This document shows, piece by piece, positions 1 to 9,403 of a stretch of DNA of 43,222 nucleotides (the first letter of the stretch is position 1; every line of letters starts with the position of its first letter). Source of the stretch: a virus (lineage: Duplodnaviria; Caudoviricetes); IMG/VR virus record IMGVR_UViG_3300017653_000087, positions 1 to 43,222 of that record; one strand, 5' to 3'. Below the pieces are notes generated by a model, which was not told where the DNA came from, ran no database searches, and saw only the letters and a program-made list of their open reading frames with translations. Made by a program: the position numbers and the translations under genes.

Positions 1-123
1 ACGTCGGACAGCGCTTCCCCGGCATCTTCAAGATGCTGGACTCAAACCGCGTCTTTCAACACCGCTGGTTGCACCCAGAAGCGCACGGCTATCGCCTCGC
101 CACGCTGGGAGGGGATATTGGCC
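1..123. repeat. Terminal direct repeat (circular assembly overlap), copy 1
   Basis: 1-123 is identical to 43100-43222; the glycosyltransferase ORF reads through the junction in frame. Confidence 0.97.
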
Positions 124-458
124 TGTGTCCGATCAAGGACGAGCCGTTCAACCGCTACAAGTCCTCAGTCAAGTTCTACGAGTACTCGATGAGTGGTATG
201 GCCACCATCGCACGGGGGATTGAGCCCTATACCGACGACATCACCAACGAGAAGACTGGTCTGCTCTACAACTCAAACGACGAGCTCAAATCACAGTTGG
301 TGCAGTTGATCAACGATCCCGTCCTGAGAGTGAGCATGGCTCGCTCGGCACGCAACTACGTCGAGGCCAACCGCGACGTCGACGCCGTCACCCGTGACTG
401 GGTGGCGTTTCTCAGTGGTGTCGCTGATGCCCTGAAAGGAGGCCATGCAACGACCTAA
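1..458 (+). CDS. GT4-like glycosyltransferase, C-terminal part
   Basis: DIGLCPI..FNRYKSSVKFYEYSMSG...TGLL nucleotide-sugar binding motif typical of GT4. Confidence 0.85.
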   Translation, partial: VGQRFPGIFKMLDSNRVFQHRWLHPEAHGYRLATLGGDIGLCPIKDEPFNRYKSSVKFYEYSMSGMATIARGIEPYTDDITNEKTGLLYNSNDELKSQLVQLINDPVLRVSMARSARNYVEANRDVDAVTRDWVAFLSGVADALKGGHATT

Positions 459-1695
459 CCATACTGAACGTACCGTCTGTCGCATCTGTGAGGGTGAGTG
501 GGGACAGGACAACCCGATCCTGCACCCGTTTGCTAACCTTGGTGACCACCCACTGGCTGACCGCTTTCCGCGCAGTGTGAATGAACAAGAGCCTACCTAC
601 CCGTTACGGGTCAAAGTCTGCGATCGCTGTCGTCTGGTCCAGCACACCGACATCGTCGACGACGCCATCCTGTTTGGCAATGACTACGCGTTCTTTACCG
701 GTGCCTCGCCATCCTCGATCGCCTACTTCAAGCAGTACGCACAGGACGTGATGAGCCGCTACCCCGACAAACTGGCGTTTGTGGTCGAGATCGCCGGCAA
801 CGACGGGACCCTCCTCAAACACTTCCAGAAGAAAGCCGCTCGCGTCCTCAACATCGAGCCTGCGACCCCACCTGCTGAGGTTGCCAAAGCACAAGGCATC
901 CCGACGCTCGTCAAACCGTTCTCCCTGGATACGGGACGGGTCCTGAGTCAGGAGCAGGAAGCCACGCTGGTGATCGCCAACAACGTGGTCGCCCACACCG
1001 ACAAGCTCCTGGACTTTCTCGCAGGCATCAACGCGCTCCTGAGTGAGGACGGTGTGTGTATTGCCGAGGTCCAGTATCTCCCGCATCTACTCTTCAACAC
1101 CGCCTTTGACCACCTCTATCACGAACACCGCTCGTTCTTCTCGCTACACGCCCTCCAGAAAGCCTGCTGGAGAGTCAATCTGGTGATCGTGGACGTTGAG
1201 GAAGCCGACACGCAGGGTGGCTCAATCAGGGTCCATGTGAAAAAGGCCAGCAGCTATCCCAAACCCCGTCCTGCAGTTGAGGCGATGCTGGCGCGTGAGC
1301 GCAGTCTGGGTCTGCTTGACGGCCGGACCTATCAGGGCTTTCAGGCACGCGTCAACTACACCTGCCAGAAGCTCGTCCAGCAGCTCCAGTGGCTGAAGAT
1401 GGAGGGGTTCACGATCCAGGGCTTTGGGGCCAGTGCCAAAGGCAACACGCTGCTCAATACGGCCGGCATTGGACCAGACCTGCTTGACTGCATCGTCGAT
1501 CTCACGCCCTACAAGATCGGCACCTACGCCCCAGGCTCCAAGATCCCGATCAAGCACCCTGATGAGGTGGAGAAGCCCGACTACTACCTGTTGCTCGTCT
1601 GGAACTACCTGGAGGGCGTTCTGGAGCGTGAGAGCGCCTTTCGTGAGGCGGGCGGCCGCTTTATCGTGCCGATTCCCACCCCTAAGATTATCTAA
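445..1695 (+). CDS. SAM-dependent NDP-sugar C-methyltransferase (TcaB9/TylC3/EryBIII-like)
   Basis: N-terminal CxxC..CxxC zinc site, VVEIAGNDG SAM motif, YHEH, FGASAKGNTLLN, and LLVWNY/GGRFIVPIP C-terminal domain. Confidence 0.9.
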   Translation: MQRPNHTERTVCRICEGEWGQDNPILHPFANLGDHPLADRFPRSVNEQEPTYPLRVKVCDRCRLVQHTDIVDDAILFGNDYAFFTGASPSSIAYFKQYAQDVMSRYPDKLAFVVEIAGNDGTLLKHFQKKAARVLNIEPATPPAEVAKAQGIPTLVKPFSLDTGRVLSQEQEATLVIANNVVAHTDKLLDFLAGINALLSEDGVCIAEVQYLPHLLFNTAFDHLYHEHRSFFSLHALQKACWRVNLVIVDVEEADTQGGSIRVHVKKASSYPKPRPAVEAMLARERSLGLLDGRTYQGFQARVNYTCQKLVQQLQWLKMEGFTIQGFGASAKGNTLLNTAGIGPDLLDCIVDLTPYKIGTYAPGSKIPIKHPDEVEKPDYYLLLVWNYLEGVLERESAFREAGGRFIVPIPTPKII

Positions 1696-1697
1696 CT

Positions 1698-2129
1698 ATG
1701 ATTCATAAGCATCAACACCTATCGCCGGCGACTGAATTTAAGAAAGGGGAAAACGTAGGTGAGAAAAACCAAAACTGGAAAGGTTCAAACGTAGGATATG
1801 ACGCCCTACACGACTGGGTGAGACGGTGGAAGGGTAAAGCTTCCATATGCGTGGTCTGTGGCTCGAAGAAGAATGTCCACTGGGCTAACAAGAGTCACGA
1901 TTACAAACGTGAACTCGACGATTTCGTAGAACTCTGTGCTCCCTGTCACAAAATCTACGACTCAAAGGCTAAGGGTATAACCTTTCACAAGCCTGCTCGT
2001 AAGTGGCAGGCTCAGATCAGATTTAACGACAAGTGCCACTACCTGGGTCTGTTTGATACCAAGGAAGGAGCGATGAGGGCATACGAACAAGCTAAGCGTC
2101 GGTTCGGGAGGATTGCGCCGATCATATGA
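1698..2129 (+). CDS. HNH-type homing endonuclease with AP2 DNA-binding domain
   Basis: NQNWKG, CxxC..HWAN..LCxxCH, then KWQAQI..YLGLFDTKEGAMRAY (AP2); visibly AT-richer than neighbours. Confidence 0.8.
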   Translation: MIHKHQHLSPATEFKKGENVGEKNQNWKGSNVGYDALHDWVRRWKGKASICVVCGSKKNVHWANKSHDYKRELDDFVELCAPCHKIYDSKAKGITFHKPARKWQAQIRFNDKCHYLGLFDTKEGAMRAYEQAKRRFGRIAPII

Positions 2130-2845
2130 AGATCCTGTCGCCTAGCATCACCTGTATCCTCACCACTCATATGAAGCCAACCCTTGGGGAAGCCCTCAAA
2201 TCAGTGACCGAGCAGACCAGGCGGGATGCTCAAGTCATCGTGGCTGACTCTGGTGCCTGGCACGGGGGAGCGGACCGAACCTCCCGTGAGATCGCCTACC
2301 TCTATAGGACATACAAGGACCACCCGATGATCGAGTGGGTCTTCACCGGTGAGCGACCGGGAGCCTCGCTCTCAACGTGCATGGTGGCAAAGGTCTTCAA
2401 CGACGTTCTAGCGTCTGGGATGGTCAGGGGACGCTACCTGTGTACGTTTTACGACGACGACCTCTATCTGCCGACGTTCTTTGAGCGGATGGCAGGCTAC
2501 CTCGACGAGCATCAAGACTGTCAGGCGGTCAGATGCTCAGAACGCTGGGTGACACGGGACGCCAGTGGCACCGAACGCTATCTCAAGACGCTCGCAGCAG
2601 ATCGTGTCCTCACGCCACTGGATCAGTTCGACTGTGTCGTCGACGGGATGCAGGTCATGATGCGGACCGAGGCTGTCCTCAAACTCACTCAACCCATCAT
2701 CCCTGAAGACGTAGACTCATGCCGGCACTCAGACGGGTTGTTCTTCGAGCGCCTCAAGACGGTCATCCCGCAGATGGACGCACTCAACGAGGAACTGTGT
2801 GTTCACCGGTTCACCCCACACTCGACGTTTACTCCAGTATCCTAA
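2126..2845 (+). CDS. GT2-family (GT-A) glycosyltransferase
   Basis: ITCILTTH, VIVADSG, YDDDLY (DxD) and HSDG motifs. Confidence 0.85.
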   Translation: MKILSPSITCILTTHMKPTLGEALKSVTEQTRRDAQVIVADSGAWHGGADRTSREIAYLYRTYKDHPMIEWVFTGERPGASLSTCMVAKVFNDVLASGMVRGRYLCTFYDDDLYLPTFFERMAGYLDEHQDCQAVRCSERWVTRDASGTERYLKTLAADRVLTPLDQFDCVVDGMQVMMRTEAVLKLTQPIIPEDVDSCRHSDGLFFERLKTVIPQMDALNEELCVHRFTPHSTFTPVS

Positions 2846-3131
2846 GCCCATAGTACGTCCCCCTTAAACCCCCAGTCTCCCCTGCAAAGCACTCCCTCCG
2901 TTTCTTCCCTGCACTCCCTCCCCTCGGTGGTGTCCTATGGCGACGCTAGCGCGTCGGATTTTTTCAGCTAGCATCGGTGTCGCCTGAGGTTACTCGGTAC
3001 GTGGGAGGAAAACTCCCATGCCCTAGCTGGAAACCAGCCAGTTAACACGTCGGTCGGTCGTTTGGTTGTCAACGTCCTGCATTGTTAGCTCCACCGAAGT
3101 GGAGAGGGCAGCAGGAGCCCTATCCCCCGTT

Positions 3132-3611
3132 TCAGTACCCCACAAAGAAGTGGACAACATAACCGGAGTCGTGAGCGATACAGCTGTGTGTGAAATACGG
3201 GCTGTTGAGGTTTTCCGCGTGTTTGGGAGAGTTGAGCCAGGCCTCAAGCATCGCATCAGCTGAGACAAAGCCTCGCGCGAGGTTCTCTCCCCAGTAGGAG
3301 CAACCGAGACAGTCTTCATCCCAGAAGCCGTCATGTGACCAGTTGAGCTTGGTCTCTTCAAGACGCTTCTGTGCAAGCTCACAAGCCTGGTCGTCCTTGA
3401 TGTAGATGGGTTTGTTCTCAGTCATTCTCCAGCCCTGTACCTCGGCCCAGATCGCCTCGTCGGTGAGTGGGTAGTAGGTGACGTCGGGGAAGTCAATCGG
3501 TTGAGTGTAGGAGACGGCAGACTCCTGTGCGGTGATGGTCTTGTTCCACAGCTGGGTTAAACCGAATCCGGCGAGTAGTGTAAGAACGATGATGATCAGT
3601 GTCGTTTTCAC
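3132..3611 (-). CDS. Secreted/membrane-anchored CAP (SCP-like) domain protein; probable GTG start at 3611
   Basis: N-terminal hydrophobic helix; WSH, GENLA and WLNSPKHAENL CAP motifs. Confidence 0.8.
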   Translation of the reverse strand: MKTTLIIIVLTLLAGFGLTQLWNKTITAQESAVSYTQPIDFPDVTYYPLTDEAIWAEVQGWRMTENKPIYIKDDQACELAQKRLEETKLNWSHDGFWDEDCLGCSYWGENLARGFVSADAMLEAWLNSPKHAENLNSPYFTHSCIAHDSGYVVHFFVGY

Positions 3612-3710
3612 GAAAAAACCCTTTCGGATGGCGTCGTGCCGAAGTAACGAAACAGCGACACCCGAAAGGGTTCTCGTGTTACTCCTGACTATCCGGCGGT
3701 GGGTTCCCGC
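3612..3710 (-). promoter_or_regulatory. Structured 5' leader ending in a terminator-like hairpin and U6 (copy A)
   Basis: Homologous to 27795-27896 with compensatory stem changes. Confidence 0.65.
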
Positions 3711-3716
3711 ATCTTG

Positions 3717-3759
3717 AGTATACCAAGTACTTGACATAATTGCAAGAAGCGTCTACAAT
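3717..3759. promoter_or_regulatory. Overlapping divergent sigma70-type promoters
   Basis: + strand TTGACA(3731)-17-TACAAT(3754); - strand TTGCAA(3745)-17-TATACT(3722). Confidence 0.75.
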
Positions 3760-3784
3760 GAGAATAAGCAATACCTATCAAGGT

Positions 3785-3820
3785 AGCCCAGACGGAAAAC
3801 CCCCGTGCTGGGCTTTTTTT
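3785..3820 (+). terminator. Intrinsic terminator/attenuator abutting the start codon
   Basis: AGCCCAG...CTGGGCT stem, T-run, then ATG at 3821. Confidence 0.6.
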
Positions 3821-4912
3821 ATGGCATTATCACCGGACTTCTCTACATGGGGATCTTTCAACAACGTCGCAGGACAGACCTCAGGCGCGTTGAAAAACAA
3901 CAAACCTACTCAGTACTACGGTGTACCAGCAGTGAGTGGGGTGTCTGACTTCATCGGCCCAACCAAGCCATCGAGTGGAGGTGGAGGAGGGAGTACCGGG
4001 GGTGGCGGAACTCCTCAAGGACCAACACCAAACCCACAACCATCCCAACCATCAGGACCGTCCCCAGAAGATCTCATGCGTCAACAGGTAGAGCGTACCT
4101 ACGGTGAGGTCCAGTCAAACCTCGATCGCTTAGCAGGTCTGCTCCCAGGCATGCGCAGTGAGCAAGAGGGCACCGTCAACCGCTCAGCTGATCTCCAACG
4201 GGGCAACATCCAGGAACAACTCGCGCTCGGCAACAAGAAACTGGATGCGTCCGCAGCTGGTGTCCGCGATCGACAAGTAACATCCGTTCGAGATCTGGCC
4301 TCCAACATGCGCAACCTCCTCCAGGCTGGGAACACGTATCTGGGGACCTATGGCGCTGGCGACTCATCGGCCGCCAACCTCTACTCATACGCCCTCGGCA
4401 AAGAAGCCAATCGCGGACGAGCAGACATTCTCAAGCAGGCCAACCAACAGTACGGGGACATCGACATGAAGCGCCTGGACATCGAGCAGACCGCCAACAA
4501 CGAGATCAACAAAGTCAACCTCTGGAAAGAAGAGTCGCTCGGCAAGATCGGTCAGTGGTTCAGCCAGCAGATGTTTGATATCGAGAGTCGCCGTGGTGAA
4601 GCTCGCGTTGCGAAGGAACAGGCCAAGATGAGCATCCTGGAAAACGCCCTCAAACACCTCAGAGATCTGGATCTCCAGGCTACTCAGTACAGTCAGCAGG
4701 TACAGAGTTGGGCAACTGAACGATTAGGTGAGATCAACAACGTCCGGATGGAGATGGGTCAGATGTCGACCTACAACCCGCAGGCGATCGTCGCACAAGA
4801 GCTTCAGGGCATGGGACAGATCCAGGCTGGCGGTATCGGTGGAGACTTCTTCAACCCGTACGCACAACGCCGTGATCAGGAACAGCAACGACTTGGAAGC
4901 CTGTTCGGATAA
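3821..4912 (+). CDS. Putative internal virion (ejection) protein
   Basis: Gly/Pro linker then Q/A-rich helical region; lies before the large ejection protein; ATG at 3821 follows the promoter and leader. Confidence 0.55.
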   Translation: MALSPDFSTWGSFNNVAGQTSGALKNNKPTQYYGVPAVSGVSDFIGPTKPSSGGGGGSTGGGGTPQGPTPNPQPSQPSGPSPEDLMRQQVERTYGEVQSNLDRLAGLLPGMRSEQEGTVNRSADLQRGNIQEQLALGNKKLDASAAGVRDRQVTSVRDLASNMRNLLQAGNTYLGTYGAGDSSAANLYSYALGKEANRGRADILKQANQQYGDIDMKRLDIEQTANNEINKVNLWKEESLGKIGQWFSQQMFDIESRRGEARVAKEQAKMSILENALKHLRDLDLQATQYSQQVQSWATERLGEINNVRMEMGQMSTYNPQAIVAQELQGMGQIQAGGIGGDFFNPYAQRRDQEQQRLGSLFG

Positions 4913-4921
4913 CGCATATGT

Positions 4922-7900
4922 ATGGACTTAGACAAACTACTCAAACGGATGCGGGAGCTCGGCGGTAACGTCGCCTCCTCATTCACCCAACCCAAACGAA
5001 CCAGCACCCTCAACCGAGCAAGTCAAAACACCCAGCGCGTCAAGCAGTCGATCGGGAACTTCCGCGCCAGCCCCAACACGCCAACCGTCTCGCAAGCGTT
5101 TCAAAGCTCAGTCCGTAACAACCCACTCTCGACGATGGCGCGAGGTCAGTACTTTGGTGATTCACGCATCGACCAGAAGATCGCACCGGTAACGCGACCG
5201 ATCGGGCAGTTCGGTGGCGGTGTGATCTCAGGACTCTCGTTAGGCTTTGTGAACCCTGTTGCTAATGCGCAACCCACCAACCGCTTCGAGCAGGGAGCCA
5301 ACATCGCCGGCAACATCATGGGGATGTTCAACCCCGTCAGTGCAGGGAACCAGATCCTCGGCCGTGTGGGAACGGCAGGGACCAGGCTGGGGACGAGTCT
5401 TGCGCTTCGTAGCGGTGTTCCATCAGCTGGTAAGGCGATCGGTGCTCTGGCTGGGGAAGTCGCACAGACCGGCACACTCATGAGTGCCTCAGCCCTCTCA
5501 GGACGCGATTTCAACCCGGTTACCGATCTTGCCTTTGGTCTCGGTACTCGTGGCGCTCTTGGGACGCTCTACAAGGGTCTCAGCAGGGGAGTCCCTAAGG
5601 GGTACTCACCACGCATCAACCGCATCATTCCGATGGATGGCTACGACACCCGTGAGGCCCTGGAGATCATCAACAGCAAGACCACCAGCAGAGCCGAGAA
5701 GCAGGACGCCTGGGTCACGCTCCAGAACATCGCAGAAGCTTATATGCCAGGCATCAAGAACTCGACCAATGCACAGGTGAAGAAAGCGGCCGAGGACTTC
5801 CTCACGCGTTTCCAGCGACAACAGGACAACTTCGACATTCCAAAGATGGGGATCAAAGGGGATGACTCCCCTCTCAGTCAAGGCACGCTCCGCTCTTCGG
5901 CCCTGACAGATTCACCCCGCTCGGGCAAGAGCCAGGTATCTGGGTCAGGTATGACCCAAGCAGACAACACCATGAACGTCGCACAAGAACGATTAACCGA
6001 CATACCAACATTCGGAAGCATAGACGAGCAGATACTCAAAAAGTATCCACAGGCAGACCCCATGATTGAAGAATTAGACAGAGTGATACAGGTACACCGA
6101 ATCAACTTGCCAAAAGATCAACAAGGCAAAGGAACTGGTACAAAGATAATAAATGAAATATTGGAGTATGCAGATCGCACAGGTAAGCGGGTGGAACTAA
6201 CCACAGACACAGGGTTTGGTTCTGATAAAGCACGACTAACTGATTTTTATAAAAGGTTTGGATTTTCAGAAAATCCTAGTTTGAAAAATGCACAGCCCTG
6301 GGAACGCCAACAAACCCACGAATTAGTCAGAGAGCCTCGTAATGTCGCACAACAGCAGATAGGCGACATAGCAGGCGACCTCGACGACATATCTGGAGCG
6401 ATGGGCTTTGCTGGTCGATCTGACAGCACGCTCAACGACCTGCGTGAGTGGGAACGCCAGATTAAACGCGAGACCATCACGCAACGCCAGAACAATCAGG
6501 CGAAACAACGTTCGTTTAACCAAACAATGAGGGTCGCTGACGAGAAGCTCACCAAAGCCTACAAGGGCGGCAAGATCAAGGAGACGACGCAGGGCTTTCC
6601 GAGCAAGGCACTCTCATCCAAAGACGTCCGCGACAAGGGCGCGTTTGCCTACCAGCGTGAAACCCTGCTCCGCAACATCGAGGATACCTTCAAAGGGCAG
6701 AGCCAGCAGGTCAAGCAGTACTTCCATGACCCGATCGTTGCCAACGAGACGGCCGCAACCAACTTCCGCAACGACCTCAGAACCCGACTCTCTGAGACAT
6801 TTAAGAGTCTGGGGATCACACGAGGGAGCAAGGAAGACTACGCAGCAGCCGACTACATCGAGGGCACGATCTCAGCAGACGAGCTGATGAAACGCTTCCC
6901 GGGCAAAGCACAAGAGATCATGCAGGCAGCAGAAGAGGGGCGCGCGGTTTACAAGAACCTGCTCAACCAGGTCAACGCCACGCTGACCAAGTTCGGCTAT
7001 GACCCGATCCCTGAACGCCAGAACTACGTGACCCACACCCGCCAGATCCAGACGCTCTCAGAGCAGATCGGCTCACTCTTCAACCTCTCAAAAGACAAGC
7101 TCCCACAGGCGATGGCAGGTATCAACCTGGACACGCAACCTGGTCGCCAGTTCTTCAAGTTCGGTCAACAGCGTCAGGGTGGCTCAACCCACGAGGGGCT
7201 GATCGGCGCGCTGGATAAGTACATCGATCCAGTTGCTAACCAGATCTATCACACCGAAGACATCCAGCGCGGTCGGGCGCTCCTGAAATACCTCCAGGAC
7301 TCGGCCGATCCGAGCGATACGAGGCTGTCCAACTTCACAAGCTACCTGCGCCAGTACGTCGACCATCTCTCAGGCAAGCAGAACATCATCGATCGGCCAT
7401 TTGAGAAGGTGTTTGGTCGCAACATGCTGGCAATCGGCAACAAGCTCCGCCAGCGGACCGGTGCCAACATGGTCGGTGGCTCGTTCTCCAGTGCGATCAC
7501 TAACTTCATCCCGTTCACCAACTCGCTGGCAACGACCTCAAAGCCAGCGGTTGCCAAGGGACTCTACGAGGCCGCACTCTCGCCGGCGACTGGCTCAACT
7601 ATGATCGACGGAGTACAAAGTGGCTTCCTGACTCGCCGGTTTCCCAAAGAACGGATCGGGTCAACCGTCTACACCAATATGCAGGGAGCAGCAGGAGCGC
7701 TCTTCAAATGGGTTGACCAATTCACCTCCAAAGCGATCGTGGCCGGCAAGTATCACGAGGGCATCGCCAAGGGACTTGATCCGCAGACGGCGATGGCTCA
7801 AGCCGACGAGTATGCGGCTCGTGCGTTATCTGATCGGTCGTTTGCACAGTCCCCGCTCCTGTTCAACTCGAAAGTGCTGGGAGCTGTGACGCAGTTCCAG

Positions 7901-9346
7901 AACGAGGTCAACAATCAGGTCTCATTCCTCTTCAAGGACATTCCCAACAATCTCGGTTACAACAAGGCGCAGGTGGCATCAGCTCTCGCGCAGTTTGCCG
8001 TCTACTCCTACGTCTTCAACGAGATGTATGAGCGCGTGACAGGTAGACGTCCACAACTAGACCCGATGAACGCAGGCCTGACGCTCTATAGCCAACTCCA
8101 GGAGGGTGCTGGAATCGGTGAGATCCTTGACCCGACTGACCAGTACAGTGCGGTTGGAGGCCTCGCCCAATCCCTGCCGTTCTCCTCTGTTGCGACCGGT
8201 GGTCGTATTCCGATCGGTGGCGCAATCCCTGACGTGGTTGGGCTTGCCAAGGGTGAGACTACACTGGGCAAGGAAGCAGTCAAACCCCTCGCCTACCTGT
8301 TGCCTCCGTTCGGTGGTGGACAGATCAAGAAGACACTGGAGGGGACTGACGCCTACAACCAGGGCTTCTCAGAAACCGCTACAGGCAATATCCGCTTCCC
8401 GATCGAGCAGAACTTTGGCAACCTGGCTCGGAGCGTGCTGTTTGGTCAGTACTCAACGCCAGAGGCACGCCAGTACTTTGAGAGTGACGGGAGGCCCCTC
8501 TCTGAGAACCAGTCGATGTACGTCAGGAACGCCCAAGACAAGGGCAACGCGTTTGCACGGATCGTTGCCAATCGGGAAGAGAGCAAAACGCTTGCCGAAC
8601 GCAAGGCCGAGATTGAGGAGGTCGGCGGGGTCTCAGCCGGCGACAACGAGATCATCTACATGACCGATGACGGCACGGTGGCAACCATCGACCTCTCCAA
8701 GTACGACAAGAAAGCAACCGGCCTCAAGAAATTCGAGCTGGAAGACGAGAAGATCGAGACCGCACGAAAGATCTACGCGATCGAGGACGAATCGATCACC
8801 GACGAGCAGAAAGCCGCCTACTACAAACGGCTGGGCTTCAAGGCAGAGGACGTCGAATACGACTACCTTGCCAACCAGGAGAACGACATCAAGAGCGCCT
8901 ACTTTACCAGTGAGTTTGGGGAGCTGGAGCACGATCAGCTGATCGAGACGCTCACAACCCTGCGTAAGCCATCCGTCTCCGGCAAGATCCCCGCAGCAGA
9001 CGGGGTGCTTGATGACCTCTACGAGGACGGGCTCATCAGTGACGCTGAGCGCAAAATGCTCAAGAAGATCGACTACGACAAGAACGGCAAGCTCAAGAGT
9101 GGGAGTGGTGGCAAGAAGTTCAGTGTCGCCGCACCCAAGGCGATCGGCACCGTCAGTGTCAAGCAGTCTGACCCTGTCAAGATCACGATGAACATTCCCA
9201 AAATGCAGGGCCTGAAACTGGCTCCGATGCCCGAGATCAGTGCACCCCCATTGACACGAGCACAAAATGTGTCTACAATATCAGTAGGCAATAGTCGTCC
9301 TGAACCGATCCGCGTCCGCAAGACGCAGGTGAGATTCGGACGCTAA
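4922..9346 (+). CDS. Large internal virion/DNA-ejection (polyvalent) protein with GNAT acetyltransferase insert
   Basis: 1474 aa; Gly/Ala-rich hydrophobic N-terminus; GNAT motif A (QQGKGTGTKII) and FYKRFGF; podovirus synteny. Confidence 0.7.
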   Translation: MDLDKLLKRMRELGGNVASSFTQPKRTSTLNRASQNTQRVKQSIGNFRASPNTPTVSQAFQSSVRNNPLSTMARGQYFGDSRIDQKIAPVTRPIGQFGGGVISGLSLGFVNPVANAQPTNRFEQGANIAGNIMGMFNPVSAGNQILGRVGTAGTRLGTSLALRSGVPSAGKAIGALAGEVAQTGTLMSASALSGRDFNPVTDLAFGLGTRGALGTLYKGLSRGVPKGYSPRINRIIPMDGYDTREALEIINSKTTSRAEKQDAWVTLQNIAEAYMPGIKNSTNAQVKKAAEDFLTRFQRQQDNFDIPKMGIKGDDSPLSQGTLRSSALTDSPRSGKSQVSGSGMTQADNTMNVAQERLTDIPTFGSIDEQILKKYPQADPMIEELDRVIQVHRINLPKDQQGKGTGTKIINEILEYADRTGKRVELTTDTGFGSDKARLTDFYKRFGFSENPSLKNAQPWERQQTHELVREPRNVAQQQIGDIAGDLDDISGAMGFAGRSDSTLNDLREWERQIKRETITQRQNNQAKQRSFNQTMRVADEKLTKAYKGGKIKETTQGFPSKALSSKDVRDKGAFAYQRETLLRNIEDTFKGQSQQVKQYFHDPIVANETAATNFRNDLRTRLSETFKSLGITRGSKEDYAAADYIEGTISADELMKRFPGKAQEIMQAAEEGRAVYKNLLNQVNATLTKFGYDPIPERQNYVTHTRQIQTLSEQIGSLFNLSKDKLPQAMAGINLDTQPGRQFFKFGQQRQGGSTHEGLIGALDKYIDPVANQIYHTEDIQRGRALLKYLQDSADPSDTRLSNFTSYLRQYVDHLSGKQNIIDRPFEKVFGRNMLAIGNKLRQRTGANMVGGSFSSAITNFIPFTNSLATTSKPAVAKGLYEAALSPATGSTMIDGVQSGFLTRRFPKERIGSTVYTNMQGAAGALFKWVDQFTSKAIVAGKYHEGIAKGLDPQTAMAQADEYAARALSDRSFAQSPLLFNSKVLGAVTQFQNEVNNQVSFLFKDIPNNLGYNKAQVASALAQFAVYSYVFNEMYERVTGRRPQLDPMNAGLTLYSQLQEGAGIGEILDPTDQYSAVGGLAQSLPFSSVATGGRIPIGGAIPDVVGLAKGETTLGKEAVKPLAYLLPPFGGGQIKKTLEGTDAYNQGFSETATGNIRFPIEQNFGNLARSVLFGQYSTPEARQYFESDGRPLSENQSMYVRNAQDKGNAFARIVANREESKTLAERKAEIEEVGGVSAGDNEIIYMTDDGTVATIDLSKYDKKATGLKKFELEDEKIETARKIYAIEDESITDEQKAAYYKRLGFKAEDVEYDYLANQENDIKSAYFTSEFGELEHDQLIETLTTLRKPSVSGKIPAADGVLDDLYEDGLISDAERKMLKKIDYDKNGKLKSGSGGKKFSVAAPKAIGTVSVKQSDPVKITMNIPKMQGLKLAPMPEISAPPLTRAQNVSTISVGNSRPEPIRVRKTQVRFGR
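9251..9279 (+). promoter_or_regulatory. sigma70-type promoter
   Basis: TTGACA-17-TACAAT. Confidence 0.7.
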
Positions 9347-9368
9347 GCGGAACTACCAAGTTCATTTG

Positions 9369-9403
9369 GCACCGCGGAGACTTCTCCGATCGGTGCTTTT
9401 TTT
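9369..9403 (+). terminator. Intrinsic terminator/attenuator abutting the start codon
   Basis: GCACCG-CGGAGA-ct-TCTCCG-at-CGGTGC then T7 and ATG at 9404. Confidence 0.7.

Noticed and set aside
2846-3020. C-rich repeats (GCACTCCCTCC twice) as a CRISPR array or att site
   Set aside because: Only two short copies, no spacers, and no integrase
8633-9265. Long antisense ORFs over large genes (also 604-1086, 16826-17401, 38172-38624)
   Set aside because: Shadow ORFs of GC-biased codon use with no motifs or promoters, unlike the antisense HNH
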